A stretch of 64,000 nt of DNA from Podarcis muralis (Eukaryota). Position numbers and translations under genes: made by a program. The DNA is taken from assembly GCF_964188315.1 (NCBI RefSeq), contig NC_135668.1:30194001-30258000 (forward strand), read 5' to 3'. This document shows positions 35,256-55,500 of the stretch, piece after piece (position 1 is the stretch's first letter; each line of letters begins with the position of its first letter). Under the pieces are notes generated by a model. That model searched no databases. It saw only the letters and a list, made by a program, of their open reading frames with translations, and had not been told where the DNA came from.

Positions 35256-38200
35256 TCAGCTTGGCTGGGGAGCAGGAGCATCTGTCTGCAAAAGATGGCA
35301 GTGAGGAGACACATGAGTTTTCACAGCCTCACAATTTCTTATTTATCTCTTACATTTTTTTCCACCTTTCCTCCAAGGAGCTCAAGGTGGCATACATCTC
35401 CACATTTTATTCTTACAACAACCCTGTGAGGTAGGTTAGGCTTGGAGGCAGTGACTGGCCAAAGGTCACCCAATAAGACTAATGGCTGAGTGGGGATTTG
35501 AATCTTGGTCTCCCAGGCCCTAGTCAGCACTCTAGCTAGTACACCACACTGGCCAAACAACATGCCCACAAAGGCAGCTGCCACAAGGCCACCGGAACAG
35601 TCTTGGGAACCAAACCCAGCAGCAACAGCAGCAGCCAGGATAAAGTGGCAGGAAGGCACCTGCTAAGTGACAAGGACCCTCAATCCTTTGCCGTAACTAG
35701 GCCGTGATAACAAACCTGAGCACTGTGAGCAATGGTGGGTGTTGCCATGTCTTCCGGAGTGGCCCCTCCTGGGCCAGGGCATTCCAGCTGCCCCCTCCGC
35801 CGCCTTGCTAGTTTGGAGAGCTCAGCATGGATGGCCTAGAGACAGCCAAGGTCTTTTTAATCCTTCTGGGGAGCAAATGGTTAATACACTCGGGAAAGGG
35901 GGGGGGGAATCACCTCCAGTGCCCCCTGAGCACCCTCCCACCAATGCTAGGAATATGATGCCATCTCAGTGTGAGCTGAGCAAAAGGGGAGATGCCAGTC
36001 GCAAGTGCTGAAAATGGCAGAGGATGAAGCTGGCCCAGCAAAGACGGACCTTCCCCACCACCTCTGCCATTGTCCCTTGCCTGTCTTTGCCCTGAGCGTG
36101 TCCTGTTGCCCCACCTTGGTAGTTGGCTCCAGCTGCAGGGCCCTCTTCAGAACGGCGGTGGCTGCCTGGTCCTCTCCCCGCTCTGACAACAGCTAAATAG
36201 CAGAGAGAGTGTGACAGAGATGGGGTGGTATATGAATTGGGTAGGGGTGGGGGAGCCTGCCTTTGTCCACCTCTTTCTCTGGCTGTTCTCTGCAGCTGTT
36301 CCTTGCCCCTCCCTCATGCCTTCTCTCACCTCTTGTGGTCACAACTCCCTTTCCCCCCATTTCAATCCAGACATAGCATTAGGTCAATATTGTGGAACAG
36401 GGACCTTTGCCACACACCCCCCACACACACTCTGGATCTCAGCCAGCTGTATGGCCTTCAGCATGCCGTTCCCTAGCCAAGTTCTTCCCTCCTGGCCCTG
36501 GAGCAGCTGAGGGGCTGGGAGGCGTTTCCCTCATCACCTTCCCTTTCCTGTAAAGTGCCTTGATGTTCTCTGGGTCAAGCTGTATAACTTCATTGCAGGA
36601 TGCCAGGGCCTCATCCAAAAGTTTCAGCTTCAGCTGGGCGGCTGCACAGTTGTTGAGGCATTTGACCCGATGGTCATGCAGCTCCTCTTCCTCCTCCTGG
36701 CTCAGGTAGTCTAGAGAGAAACCCACACAGGTGCAGCGTCACCCTCAGCCAGGAGGTGCAGCTGGGGCTGAGCCCCAGAACTGGGTTTCTGCGGTAGGGA
36801 TGGGTCAAGTGGGCCTTTGCAGGAGAGCACCTCTGGGACAGGGTTCCTCTCCCTTTTCATCCAAAGTGCCCAGATTTGGGCTCACAGCACTATTTCCAGG
36901 CAAGCTGCCCGTCAGCTCTAAATGAACCCTTGCCAACCCCATGTTTCCAGCACCCACCCACATGGCTGTGTTCTGAGGGCTTCATCCCCCAGTGCATCCC
37001 AAGCCCTCAGAACAGTGCCTCACCTGTCCCCGGCAGGGAGAGGACATGCAAAGCCTGCTGATAGGAGTGCAGGGCCTGCTGGTAGTCCCCCCGCTCAAAG
37101 TGGAAGTTGCCCCACTCCCGCTTCTGGTTGCCCAGGCTGAGGCGCTCCATGGTGGGCAACAGCGACAGGTCCGGGCTGTCCTGCACGTGCAGCAGAGTCA
37201 CCTCGTACAGCAACGTGGCATCTTTGGGAATATCTGGCTCTCTGCAGGAGGAGGAGGAGGAGAGGCCTCTGAGAACACACAGCTCTCTTCCCCCACCAAG
37301 GACCCAGATGTTGCCCCCCTCCCTGCCCACCAGTTACAGTGCAGAGCAAAGACTGATGACTACCTGCCCAAGTGACCGTAGGCACAAGCAGGGCCAGCGA
37401 GGAAAAGGGCTATTTCACCAAGCTGCATGGAGAGGACGCCAAGGTCCAAAGCCTAGGGAGAGAAAAAGGAAACAAGGACCTGACCCGAAGTGCCCCCCCC
37501 AATACACACACACACAAACAAACATATATCCTTCTGTCACACCTCTCAGCACCACTACATGCAAGAGTACATTGGCTTGGGCGCAACAGCCATTCTCACA
37601 TGGTCTGCATTGGCCTCTGCTATAATGGCGCACAGGTAGAAAAGGTGAGATCCTGTGTAGAGGGAGGGCCCTGTAAGCATGAGGTTGGGGGTGGCTGCAA
37701 AGCTGCCAGTCCTTTCCACTGAAACAGAACAGAAGCAGAACGACCAGGATTCTCCCCCATTGGTGGCATTCAGTTGCTCAGGCAACGGAGAGAAATGGGG
37801 GCTGAGAATGGGCTGCCCCTGTGGGACAGGCTGCCAGGCAAAGTCAGGGGGCAAGGAACAAGGGAGCCCCTGGGTTGCAGCCTTCCCACACCTTACCTGT
37901 ATTGCCTCCCCCTGGCCAAGGACAAAGGTGAGCTTTTGGTCCTTTTCCACCAGGCTGTGGTCCTCCAGGATTCCCAGCATCTTCACAGTAACCTCTTGGC
38001 CCAGTTGTGGCCAGTTGCCTCCCTCTGGACTGCTCTTCACCAGCCGCTTCCGTAGGGACTTGTCCTCTGGAGGGTGGAAAGGGGAGCATCAGTTCAACTA
38101 CAGGTGGAGGTGTTTGCTTGAGGAAGTGTGTGGAACTCCAACTGCCCAGGTGCAAAGGAAGGAAGGCCAAGGGAGTGCTGGATGATGAGGAAGTTACAGC

Positions 38201-39291
38201 CCCTCTCTCACAACACAACCTGCTCTGGCCAAATGGAGGGGCCTTTTCTCCCCACCATGAGGTACTGCAGTGTCCCACCTGCCCGGTTACCTCCAAATGC
38301 TCCTGGGCCAGGGTCTGATTTACGCCTAGGTGAAGTACACCACAGTTTAGGGCTTCAGGTGATGAAGGCCTCCAAATGCAAAAAAGGGACTAGTTTGTTT
38401 TCATTTGCCTTCTCTGTACTGATATCTATGCAGAAACAAAACATTTATTTCTCTCTTTGGCCTTCCCGATCTGTTAGACTAATATACTTTTGGGGGAAGG
38501 GGTAGAACAATGGGGCCTCTCAAACTTGGCAGAGCTGAGGGCATCAGAAGGTCTTAATGTGGTTCCCCACACCCACCAGTTTTTCTCCTACCTGGGGGGT
38601 AAAATCCACGTCACCCAGGACTTTAAGCATTTGCATTATGCTGCCTTCGTTTATCCTCTTATACCTTTTGATGCACCACCACACATTCTGTGGGGTGCTG
38701 AGGTGGGCATCAGTCAAGCCACTCCTCATTCTGATGCACCTCTAGAACCCCATGGGTGTGAGGGCAGACCCTGGTCTGGGTCGCTGAGGCGGGGGCAGGG
38801 GGCTTTCTGGCTAAGAGGCAGCGAACCCAGCAACCATCTCCTGTCTCCAGTGGCTTCTGGCTGTGGCGCTTGTTAGCCAGCGATGTCACCCCGTCCCCCA
38901 ATGACTGCCAGCAGAGAGGATCATGTAGGGTCTGAGAGTCCGAGCCGCCCTGTTGCCCCCAAGGCCCTCTGGGCAGCAGCAGGACCCTCCATCTCCTGGC
39001 CTGAAAGCCCCCTGCGCTCCGGGCCTCACCTCGGAGGTCCTCCCAGCCGTCAGCCGCAAAGAGCGCTGCAAAGCCGCCTCTTTCTCCTCCCAGCAAGCGC
39101 TCCAGCCGCTGGTAAAAGGCTCGCTCCTGAAGCTGGGGCGGGGGCTCCTGGATGATAGTGTGGGGCAGCAGGAAATGGACCCTCCGTCCAAGGTGGGGGC
39201 TGCCTCCCTCCAGCAGCACCGGCCCGAGGCTGGCGCCCGCCCCTTCACCTTCCTCCTCCTCCTCGCCCTGAAACATCTTGACCAGGAACAT
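35256..39291 (-). CDS. FKBP8(FKBP38)-family protein: acidic N-terminus, FKBP-type domain and 3 TPRs, ~379 aa (last exon uncertain)
   Basis: complement(join(35256..35285,35716..35835,36115..36192,36538..36710,37024..37241,37364..37452,37897..38066,39030..39291)) = 1140 nt in frame, with Kozak gccaccATG. Motifs GWEDL..LRKRLV, GQEVTV, LGQGEAIQALDLGV, IPKDATLLYEVTL, KREWGNFHF, KCLNNCAAAQLKL, NIKALYRKGK and AIHAELSKL parallel FKBP8. Confidence 0.88.
35395..35555 (-). mobile_element. Squam3-like tRNA SINE
   Basis: Reverse complement ggccagtgtggtgtactag...gattcaaatcccc...gtgacctttggccagtca. Confidence 0.75.
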
Positions 39292-40669
39292 GGTGGCCAG
39301 CTCCTCCGTCCTCGGAAGGGGCTTCCCGGAGCGAGGGGCTTTGCCGGCAGCCGCGCATCAGGATCTCGAGGGATTTGCTTCCCCGGCTTGCATGCGACGG
39401 TCGGAGCAGGCCGGCAGCGGCAGAAGCGAGAGGCCGCTTAGCCGTCTCTCCTTCCCTCAGTCTGCACTGAGCGCCTGTAATTCAATTATAGAGTAAGCCC
39501 CCCTACGCCCCAGCTGCGCTCAGGCTTACTTCCAAGGAGGATCTGGGCGTCAGGCTGCGGCTCAGGGATCAGCAGGGCCCCCTCCCGCATCTCAAGCGGG
39601 GCCCCTCCCTTTGGGCTGCCTTAATAAACCCAAGTAGATGCCTTCGCGTCTATAACAGAAGAGGCGGGGAGCAGCAACCCGCTGTTCACCCAGACGCGAC
39701 GGAAAAGGGGTTTTCCTCTTATACTACGCAAGGCCCCAAAGACTTGCGCTAAGAGGGAATACCTCTCGTGGATGAATGGGTTCCGCCCCATCTCCTGACA
39801 GGCTAGATTCTGAGAAAACTCAGTTGGCTTTGCCCTCTATCCCAATTCTCTCATGTAGGAACAGACCACCCAGAAGCAGAAGTGCCAACCTCAATAAAAC
39901 ATTGGGGGAGCAGGTAAGCCCCGCTCGCATAAATGATCACATGATGAGGTGCATGCACACTATTTGAATAGCATTGCCCATCAACTGTGGGGGAAGGCGG
40001 CCCCCGCAAATATTTTTTTGGGCGCTGAACACCCCTTGGCGCCTAGGAGTTTGCTCCTATGCCCATAAGTAAACGTCTATGAAGATCTTCTGGGCGAGGG
40101 AAGCCACTCAACCGAAGAGGCGCATCCGTCAGTCTTAGCGGTTCTTAGGGGATGCTGCCCCGCCCCAGATTATTGCCCGGTGACCTGCGGGGCTCTAAGC
40201 GGCTTAGTGGAGAGTCCCAAGAAGCACGTGGCCCCGCTGCACGTGGCCAAGCGTCCGGGGTCGGCTGCCGCGGGGGGCTTTGCAGTAGATGCGAGGCCCG
40301 CGGCCCAAAGGGAGGCCCAGCCCCGGGATCTCCGGTCTGGGGGACCGGGGACAATGGGCAGAAGCTCCCCCCGAAGACCTGGATAAGGGACCGGCCGTTC
40401 TTCCTCGGGGCAAACTGTTGAGGGGCTTGGTGGGTAATCGGCGGCGCCCTTCTTCTGGACGGGACGGCAGACTAAAGCTCCGAGGTCTCTTCTTGCTCCG
40501 AGCCTTTCCCACGCCCCAAACGGAGGCCGGTCTGGCCAGGCATCCCGGGCTGGGCACGCGCACCGGTTTGTGGAGCAGCAGCGGCTGCCGAGCAAGGAGC
40601 AGCGGCCCCGCCCCGCCGTCGAGCCCAAGTCCCGCCCAGGCGCCGCCGCCACAACCGCTCACTCCAGCG
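38900..40669. promoter_or_regulatory. CpG island holding the divergent promoters of the FKBP8-like gene and ELL3
   Basis: High CpG density. The start codons at 39291(-) and 40670(+) face away from each other, 1.38 kb apart. Confidence 0.7.
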
Positions 40670-43600
40670 ATGCCGCGGCGGGCGGCGGAGCGCCTTTCCT
40701 ACCGCCCCGGCTCGCGGGGCGCCCGCCTCAGCCTCTTCCACGTGAAACTGACCGACTCGGCCCTCCAGGCCTTGGTCGCCTACCAGCGGTGTCAGGTAAC
40801 GGGCTGGGTTGGAGGCGATTGCCGGACGGCCGGTCACTTGGCGGGAGGGGTGGTCTCACTGCCCGCTTTTTTTTCGGCAGGTGGCGGCGCCTCGTCCCGT
40901 GATCGCCTTCCAGGGCAGCCAAGGGGTAAGGATATTTCCCAGCACCGTGCATTGGGCAGGGGTCCTGTCGGGTCCCATCGCCGGGGCTGGGCAACGGAGG
41001 GGCGCCGTGGCCGTTGCTATCGCCGTGGGCGCCGCCTGCTTGCTAACGAGCTCCCCGCGGCTTTCTGCAAGGCGGCTAACGAGTCTCGCGCGAGTGGCAG
41101 AACGAGCCTGGAGTCCTCCCCGCGGAGTGCTCTGCTGTCTTGGCGCTGGAATGGGGCAGCCCGCCCCGTCGAAAGCCGCTTCTTTTTCGGGCTGAAAGTC
41201 CCCCTTAGTAGCAACGGAAGAGGGAAAGAGACGGGGCGGGCAGGAGCCGCGCCTTCGCTGCTCTGTAGGGGGAGCCCCGCCCACTCCCTTCCTGCGCAGG
41301 GCCAAGACTGACCCCTAGAAATGCAGCACCCCACAGTGTTTTTCACCCACGCAGAGCCAGACTCCACAGAAACAGCCCCCAGCCACATATCTAGGGTCAG
41401 GCCCTGCTCCTGAGGCCAAGGGGCCAGACCAGATCCCCACTCTGCTCTTTCTACGCTGTCCAGTATTTGAAGGTGCCCTGCGGTGCCACTGCCGGCCGTC
41501 GTGATCCACGGACTTTCCGCTTCACCTTCTACCTCTCACGCTATACGAAGGAGCAGCCGCAGGCCAGCTTCGATTGCGTCCGCCAGGCCAGTACCAGGTG
41601 AGCTGGCCCAGCCCAAAGACTATTTCCCTGGGGGGTTGGAATGGGGGAGAGAGGCTTCCCTGAACATTGCTCTTCTTTGCCCAGGTGGCTGGAGGGTAGA
41701 GGAGCCATCCAGGAGAAGATCACCATCTGTGCCATGGTTGTGGAGGCCTCCCAGTCCAGATGGGGTGTAGAGAGGTTGACCTGCTGTAGGGCAGCAGCTG
41801 CGTTCCCAAACCCAGGTGAGGAGAGAGGGGCAAGGGGCAGCAAGGGCTTCTTGGATAGGAGCTGAAGGGGGAATTGGCACAAATTGCCACCACCTCTCTC
41901 CCCTACCCACTTCCTGAAAGGAACAATTTGTGAGCGCTGCCATTCAGAGGTCTCTGGTTCTAACCTAGAATGTGTATATCCTAAGAAGCAGCTAGCAAAC
42001 TGTTTTTACTAACATGTGAATATAATGGAACAGTTTAGTTTGGTATCTTAACGAAAACATTATAACTAGTATAAAGCTACCCTGGATTTATGAAATCCTT
42101 CCATGTGTGAACCACCTTGAGATCTTTGGAGTAAGGGTGGTATACAAATTTAATAAGTGGATCTGAAGTGTAACATCCAAATTTCAGCTCAGTTGCTATA
42201 GACAATCACTGTGGAGGAAGAATGGAAACTGTCTTCTGCAATTAGTATTGGGGAGGGGGCAAGTAGCATTGGTGGCTACTGACAGCCAAGGCTGGCTCTG
42301 TTCCCTCACTCCCTTTGCCTTGACTTTCTGCTTTTCTGCACTGTAGAGACTGGCGCCCTCCTCCCAAGGAAAGCAGCCTCAGAGAGCCCCAGTGGGAAAG
42401 GCAAAGGAAGCAGTCCCCCAGCCAATGAGCCCCCATGGCCACCAATGCAGGTGCGGGAAGGAAGAGACCAGAGGGCTGAGAGGCTGTTGGGCTTCTTGGA
42501 GAGGCCACAACTGCAGGCTGAGGTAGGTCTGGGAGAGGCCGCTGGGCTTCCTCACCTTGCTGGAGCCTCCCTCACCACCTTTACCCCACAGACGGGGCAG
42601 CTGAGCCCCCCAGAAAGAAGTTACAGCTTGAAAGAAGACCGTCTGCAACCTAGAAAGGAGGCCTGGACAGGTGCTCTGCAGCAGCACCAGGAAGCATCTG
42701 AGCACTTGCGCAGGTAGAGCAATGAGTCCGGGAGTTAGACTACTGGGGAGGGATAGGGGATCCTTGTGGTTTTAGTCCTCATTCTCTCTCTCCCTCCCTC
42801 CCTAGCATAATCCTGTCTCTTTATGTGTGGGTGCATATTTGTTCCTACTATTCTGCTCTGCCATGGTCAGCTTTTAACAGCTCTCCTTCTACATCTGCAG
42901 GAAAGAGGCCCAGCAAGCTTTGGCCAAGCCCTTCCCAAGCCCTCCATCTGAAAAGTTTGCCCCTTCTCAAGGTGGTAGTCCTTTAAGAGCGGTGAGTCCT
43001 GCAATGGTGGTGCTTTAATTCAGAGTCCTGCAACAGTGCTTTAATTCAGAGCAGTAGCAGCGACAGCCGATGATGCCATGGCAAGGCTGTGGTTGCATCA
43101 CCCCCTCTGGGCAGCCTCTCCAATTCCCAGGCATTGCAGGCTCCTGTGGGCACAGGGGGAGGGGGAGACTTTCTTGTCTTGCATTTCTGCTGTTCTCATT
43201 TGCCTGCCTTTGTAAGCTACTGCATGGTGGTTTTCAGTTGGTCTTCCTGCCTAGAGGGAACCCTCATTATCCTGTTGTCCCTAGTATCCATTTGGCAGAT
43301 TAGACTGTAAGAGAGGGTTTAACATTTGCCATACTCAGACAGAGTGCTTTAAAGTGGACTGTGCCTGGAAAGAGTGAAGAGTGTGGATAAGCCCAGTCTT
43401 TATTTTTCAGAGACTACAACCTCTCCGAGCTGCACTTGGGCCAAGATCCAGGAGATGGCAGGGGCCTCACTTTACAGGAGCCGAGAGCAGCTGGTGGGGA
43501 CGCAAAATGCAGCCTGCAGCGGCAGTGAAGAGCAGGGCCCAGACCGACTGCAGTGACATCATAGGAGAGGTTCAGAGCTCGGATGAAGAACCTGAAGCAG

Positions 43601-44949
43601 GAAGTCATAGAACACCAGAGGTCGAGTGGCCAGAGGAGGAGGAGGAGAGGCAGGCAGGTGAGGAGTCTGGCAGATGCACTCCCAGCACGTCAAATATGAT
43701 GGCAACTGGAACCTCTGCAGTCTGCTCCTGACCTTGAGCAAAATGGAAAGCTCAGCCTTCCCAGTCTGGCAGACTGGTTTAAACCAGGAGGGACTTGTGC
43801 TATCACTTGGGCCTAAAAAGCTAGCTGTCTAGAACCACCTTCCCAATCTTCCAGGTGTTTTGGACTGCAGGCAACCCAGCAGTTGTGCTGATGGGAGGTA
43901 TATACCAAAATTTCCAGATGGCACGAGCCTGGGAAAGGATTGAACAACACACACTGGTGGGAGACGCTGGTGTCCAATGCAGGGCTGCAGGGCGACTGCT
44001 GCTACCACAATGACACTGCTTTTCCTTTTTCCCTCCCCAGACCATGCCAGCACCTCAGAGGAAAACCTCAAGTACTACTTGTAAGTATTTAGCTGCACTG
44101 CACACAAGGCAAGGACATTTTTCATAGGCCTCAGCCATTTGGGAACCAGCATCATTTTCACTGGTGCCCAGCCTTGTTGTACATTTGGTGTGGGGATCTC
44201 ATGCCTAGGGACCAAATGGAGCTTCTGGAAGACTGTCCATGCTGGAACACAATCCTTGGGACCAAAAAAGGTTCTACTCCTGATGTGGGAGATGGATTGG
44301 AGAGGTGGCTGCTGCTGTTGGCCTTCCCAACCAATACAGTGTTTGATACCTTGGGTCAAATTCCCCAAGGGAGGAGGCTCTCCCTTTCCATCTTCTGACT
44401 CGCATAATGTGTCTTTTGAAACTAGGAAATATGTCCCCATTTGCTCAGTAAAGCAGTACCGAGCCTACCAGGAGGACTTCAGTGCAGACTACACCACATA
44501 CCGCCACCTCCATGCCAGGATTGGGAGTGTGAGCAGAAGGTTTGCCCAGCTGGGCACAAGGCTTAGGCGAATGCAGCAAGGAACCAAGGAGTACAAGGTA
44601 ACTACAATCCAGGGAACAAAGGGGAAGGGACCTTCCCTGCCTGCTCCTGGGCTGAACTAGCTCTCTTGGGTTACAGGTCCTAGAAGATCAGATTTTGCAA
44701 GAATACAGGCACTTCAAAAAGGTGAGGCTGGAGCAGTGGGAACCCAGGCTGGCATCAGGGAGGGGGGTGCTTTCTTTCCCCCTGGTGGCTGAACTGTTTC
44801 CTTCTCTGCAGGTGTATCCTAACTACCAAGAAGAAAAGAGGCACTGCGAGTATCTGCACCACAAGCTCTCCCACATCAAGGCTCAAATCCTAAACTTTGA
44901 GCAGAATGTCCCTCCGGCTGGGCAGAGGGGCTGTGGCGAGAGGAGATGA
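40670..44949 (+). CDS. ELL3: RNA polymerase II elongation factor ELL3, ~488 aa, 12 coding exons
   Basis: join(40670..40795,40881..40925,41464..41597,41685..41815,42347..42522,42592..42713,42901..42991,43411..43657,44041..44080,44426..44597,44677..44721,44812..44949) = 1467 nt in frame. ELL N-terminal domain (LFHVKLTDSAL, PVIAFQGSQG) and occludin/ELL C-terminal domain (YRHLHARIG, EYLHHKLSHIK). Position between SERF2 and PDIA3 identifies it as ELL3. Confidence 0.9.
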
Positions 44950-46212
44950 TGAGGGCAGCATCACCTGCAACTCCTCACAGCAAGCACAGGGGGGCTCTAG
45001 TGTTTCATTACAACTGCTTGCTCTTGGAGTGAGTTTTGTACTGCTTAAGAACAGGCCCGGCTTACAGTACGTTCCTCTTATGTTTTGGTCCAAGTCTGCT
45101 CTGCAACATCTTGCTAGCTGAAAGCAATTTGAAAAGAAACACTTAAAGCAGGGCGGGGGTGCTCCCTTTCCCCCATCCTTCTGTAGCAACTTGTTTGTGG
45201 CAGCCTAAAGTTACTTCAAGCTATCCACAACCAGAGCAGCCATCTTTGGCTTGAAACAAAGCTGTGCTTTAGAATTGTTTCATAGTCAGCAAGTATATTC
45301 TTGTGCCTTAGATTGGAAAAACTGGAGTGTGGGTAGTCTTGCATTTTTAGATAAGACGAATCTCAATATGCTAACACTTAGCCTGTCCAACTCCAGTTGA
45401 CATTTGTTCAGACACTCACACCCAAGGCAGTAGGAACTTTGCTAGAAACCTTTTCTTCAAGGAATACTTTAATCTTGCCTGGCTTATGCTGCTTTGTTTT
45501 CAAAGTTTCTAGTGGCTGCAGAGACAGGTCTTTGTCACACAGGCTTAAAGCTTGGCACCTACCACATCTCTCAGAGATGCTCCACATGAGAAGTTATACA
45601 AAAAATTGCATTTTGTGAAGATCGTTTAAACAGACATGCCATCTCCCTTCGTATCAATCAGTTATGTTATCAATCTGCTACATGTTCATTTGACAATGCT
45701 GCTTAGGCCCATCTGCAGAGCTAGGCTATCCCAAGCTAAAATCAACATGCAAACTTCTCATGGACAGCTGAGTTGTTCAGTAACTTCTATGGGGAACAAA
45801 AGTTCTCTGGCAGAGCAGCCTCCCAAGCTAGCAAAGTACCAGAAACAGGTAAATGTATCCCGCTCAAAGAGACAGGGAGAAGTCTTTCCCCTCCCATCAT
45901 CACAGAAAGGCAATTTGGGGCCTAAGGGGGTCATTTATTGATTCACTTCTTCAAATGTACAAAAAATTAGAAAACAAACCCTCCCCCTCCCCACCCACAA
46001 ATATCAGCCAGTCCAGGGCATTCAAGGCCAGTGCAGTTAAGAGATGAGGGGGCAGGAAATTAAACAGAACAGCAGCAGCAGCTGGGTCCCCTCTGCTCAA
46101 TGTGGCTTCACTTTCCAACAGCTTAGACTGCCCCACAGGGCCCCACCTCCAGGAGTGGCCATGGGCTCTTCTGCAGACAAGGGCGATGATGACACCAAGC
46201 CCCCCTCCCCGC

Positions 46213-55005
<8,793 letters not shown>

Positions 55006-55500
55006 GAGGCCCAGCCGCCGGCGAGCGAGAGAGAGAGAGGGAGAAAGGCGAGGAATACGGAGAGCGAGCCGGAGAAAGCGGCGGCTGAGGCGACTTTCGC
55101 TTTCTCTCGTTCTCGCCTCAGCGGGAAGCTAATGAGGAGGCGGAAGTCCCGCCCCTCCAGGAGACGGGGCCGGATTTGCAGTGTGGCAGCTGCTCACTGG
55201 CCCACGCCTGCGGGAGGGCGGCCAATGAGGAGGAGAGATGGTGGCAAGAGGAGGCTGGGTGGCTCTGCGCTCGTCGTCATAGCGATGCCGCGAGGGGCCG
55301 CCCTGGCCTCGCGCTCGAGAGCGGGCTTCGCGTGTTGGCCCCGCCTCCCGCCATTGCGGCTCCCTCGTCTCCCCCTCAAGAGCAATGCCTGAGGGCCAGA
55401 GAGATGTCCGCGCCTTTTTCGAAAAGTGCCCCCTGTTGTGAAGAGCTGGTCCCTCAGCCGAGCGGCTGAAGCCAAACTCTTTTATCACCCTCGTTGCCCA
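55006..55500 (-). promoter_or_regulatory. PDIA3 CpG-island promoter and 5' UTR
   Basis: CpG-rich, with ETS+GC box (cggaagtcccgcccc) and a CCAAT at ~55222. Confidence 0.6.

Noticed and set aside
35339-35659. Hydrophobic ORF (VPSCHFILAAAVAAGFG...) as the FKBP tail-anchor exon
   Set aside because: It needs a 56-nt intron and the frame runs on through a SINE (35395-35555). Kept only as an unlikely alternative.
40289-41311. 340-aa ORF and overlapping antisense ORFs
   Set aside because: CpG-island artefact. Only the part 40670-40795 is ELL3 exon 1.
55190-55240. ERSE in the PDIA3 promoter
   Set aside because: CCACG and CCAAT are present but in the wrong order and spacing for CCAAT-N9-CCACG or ATTGG-N-CCACG.
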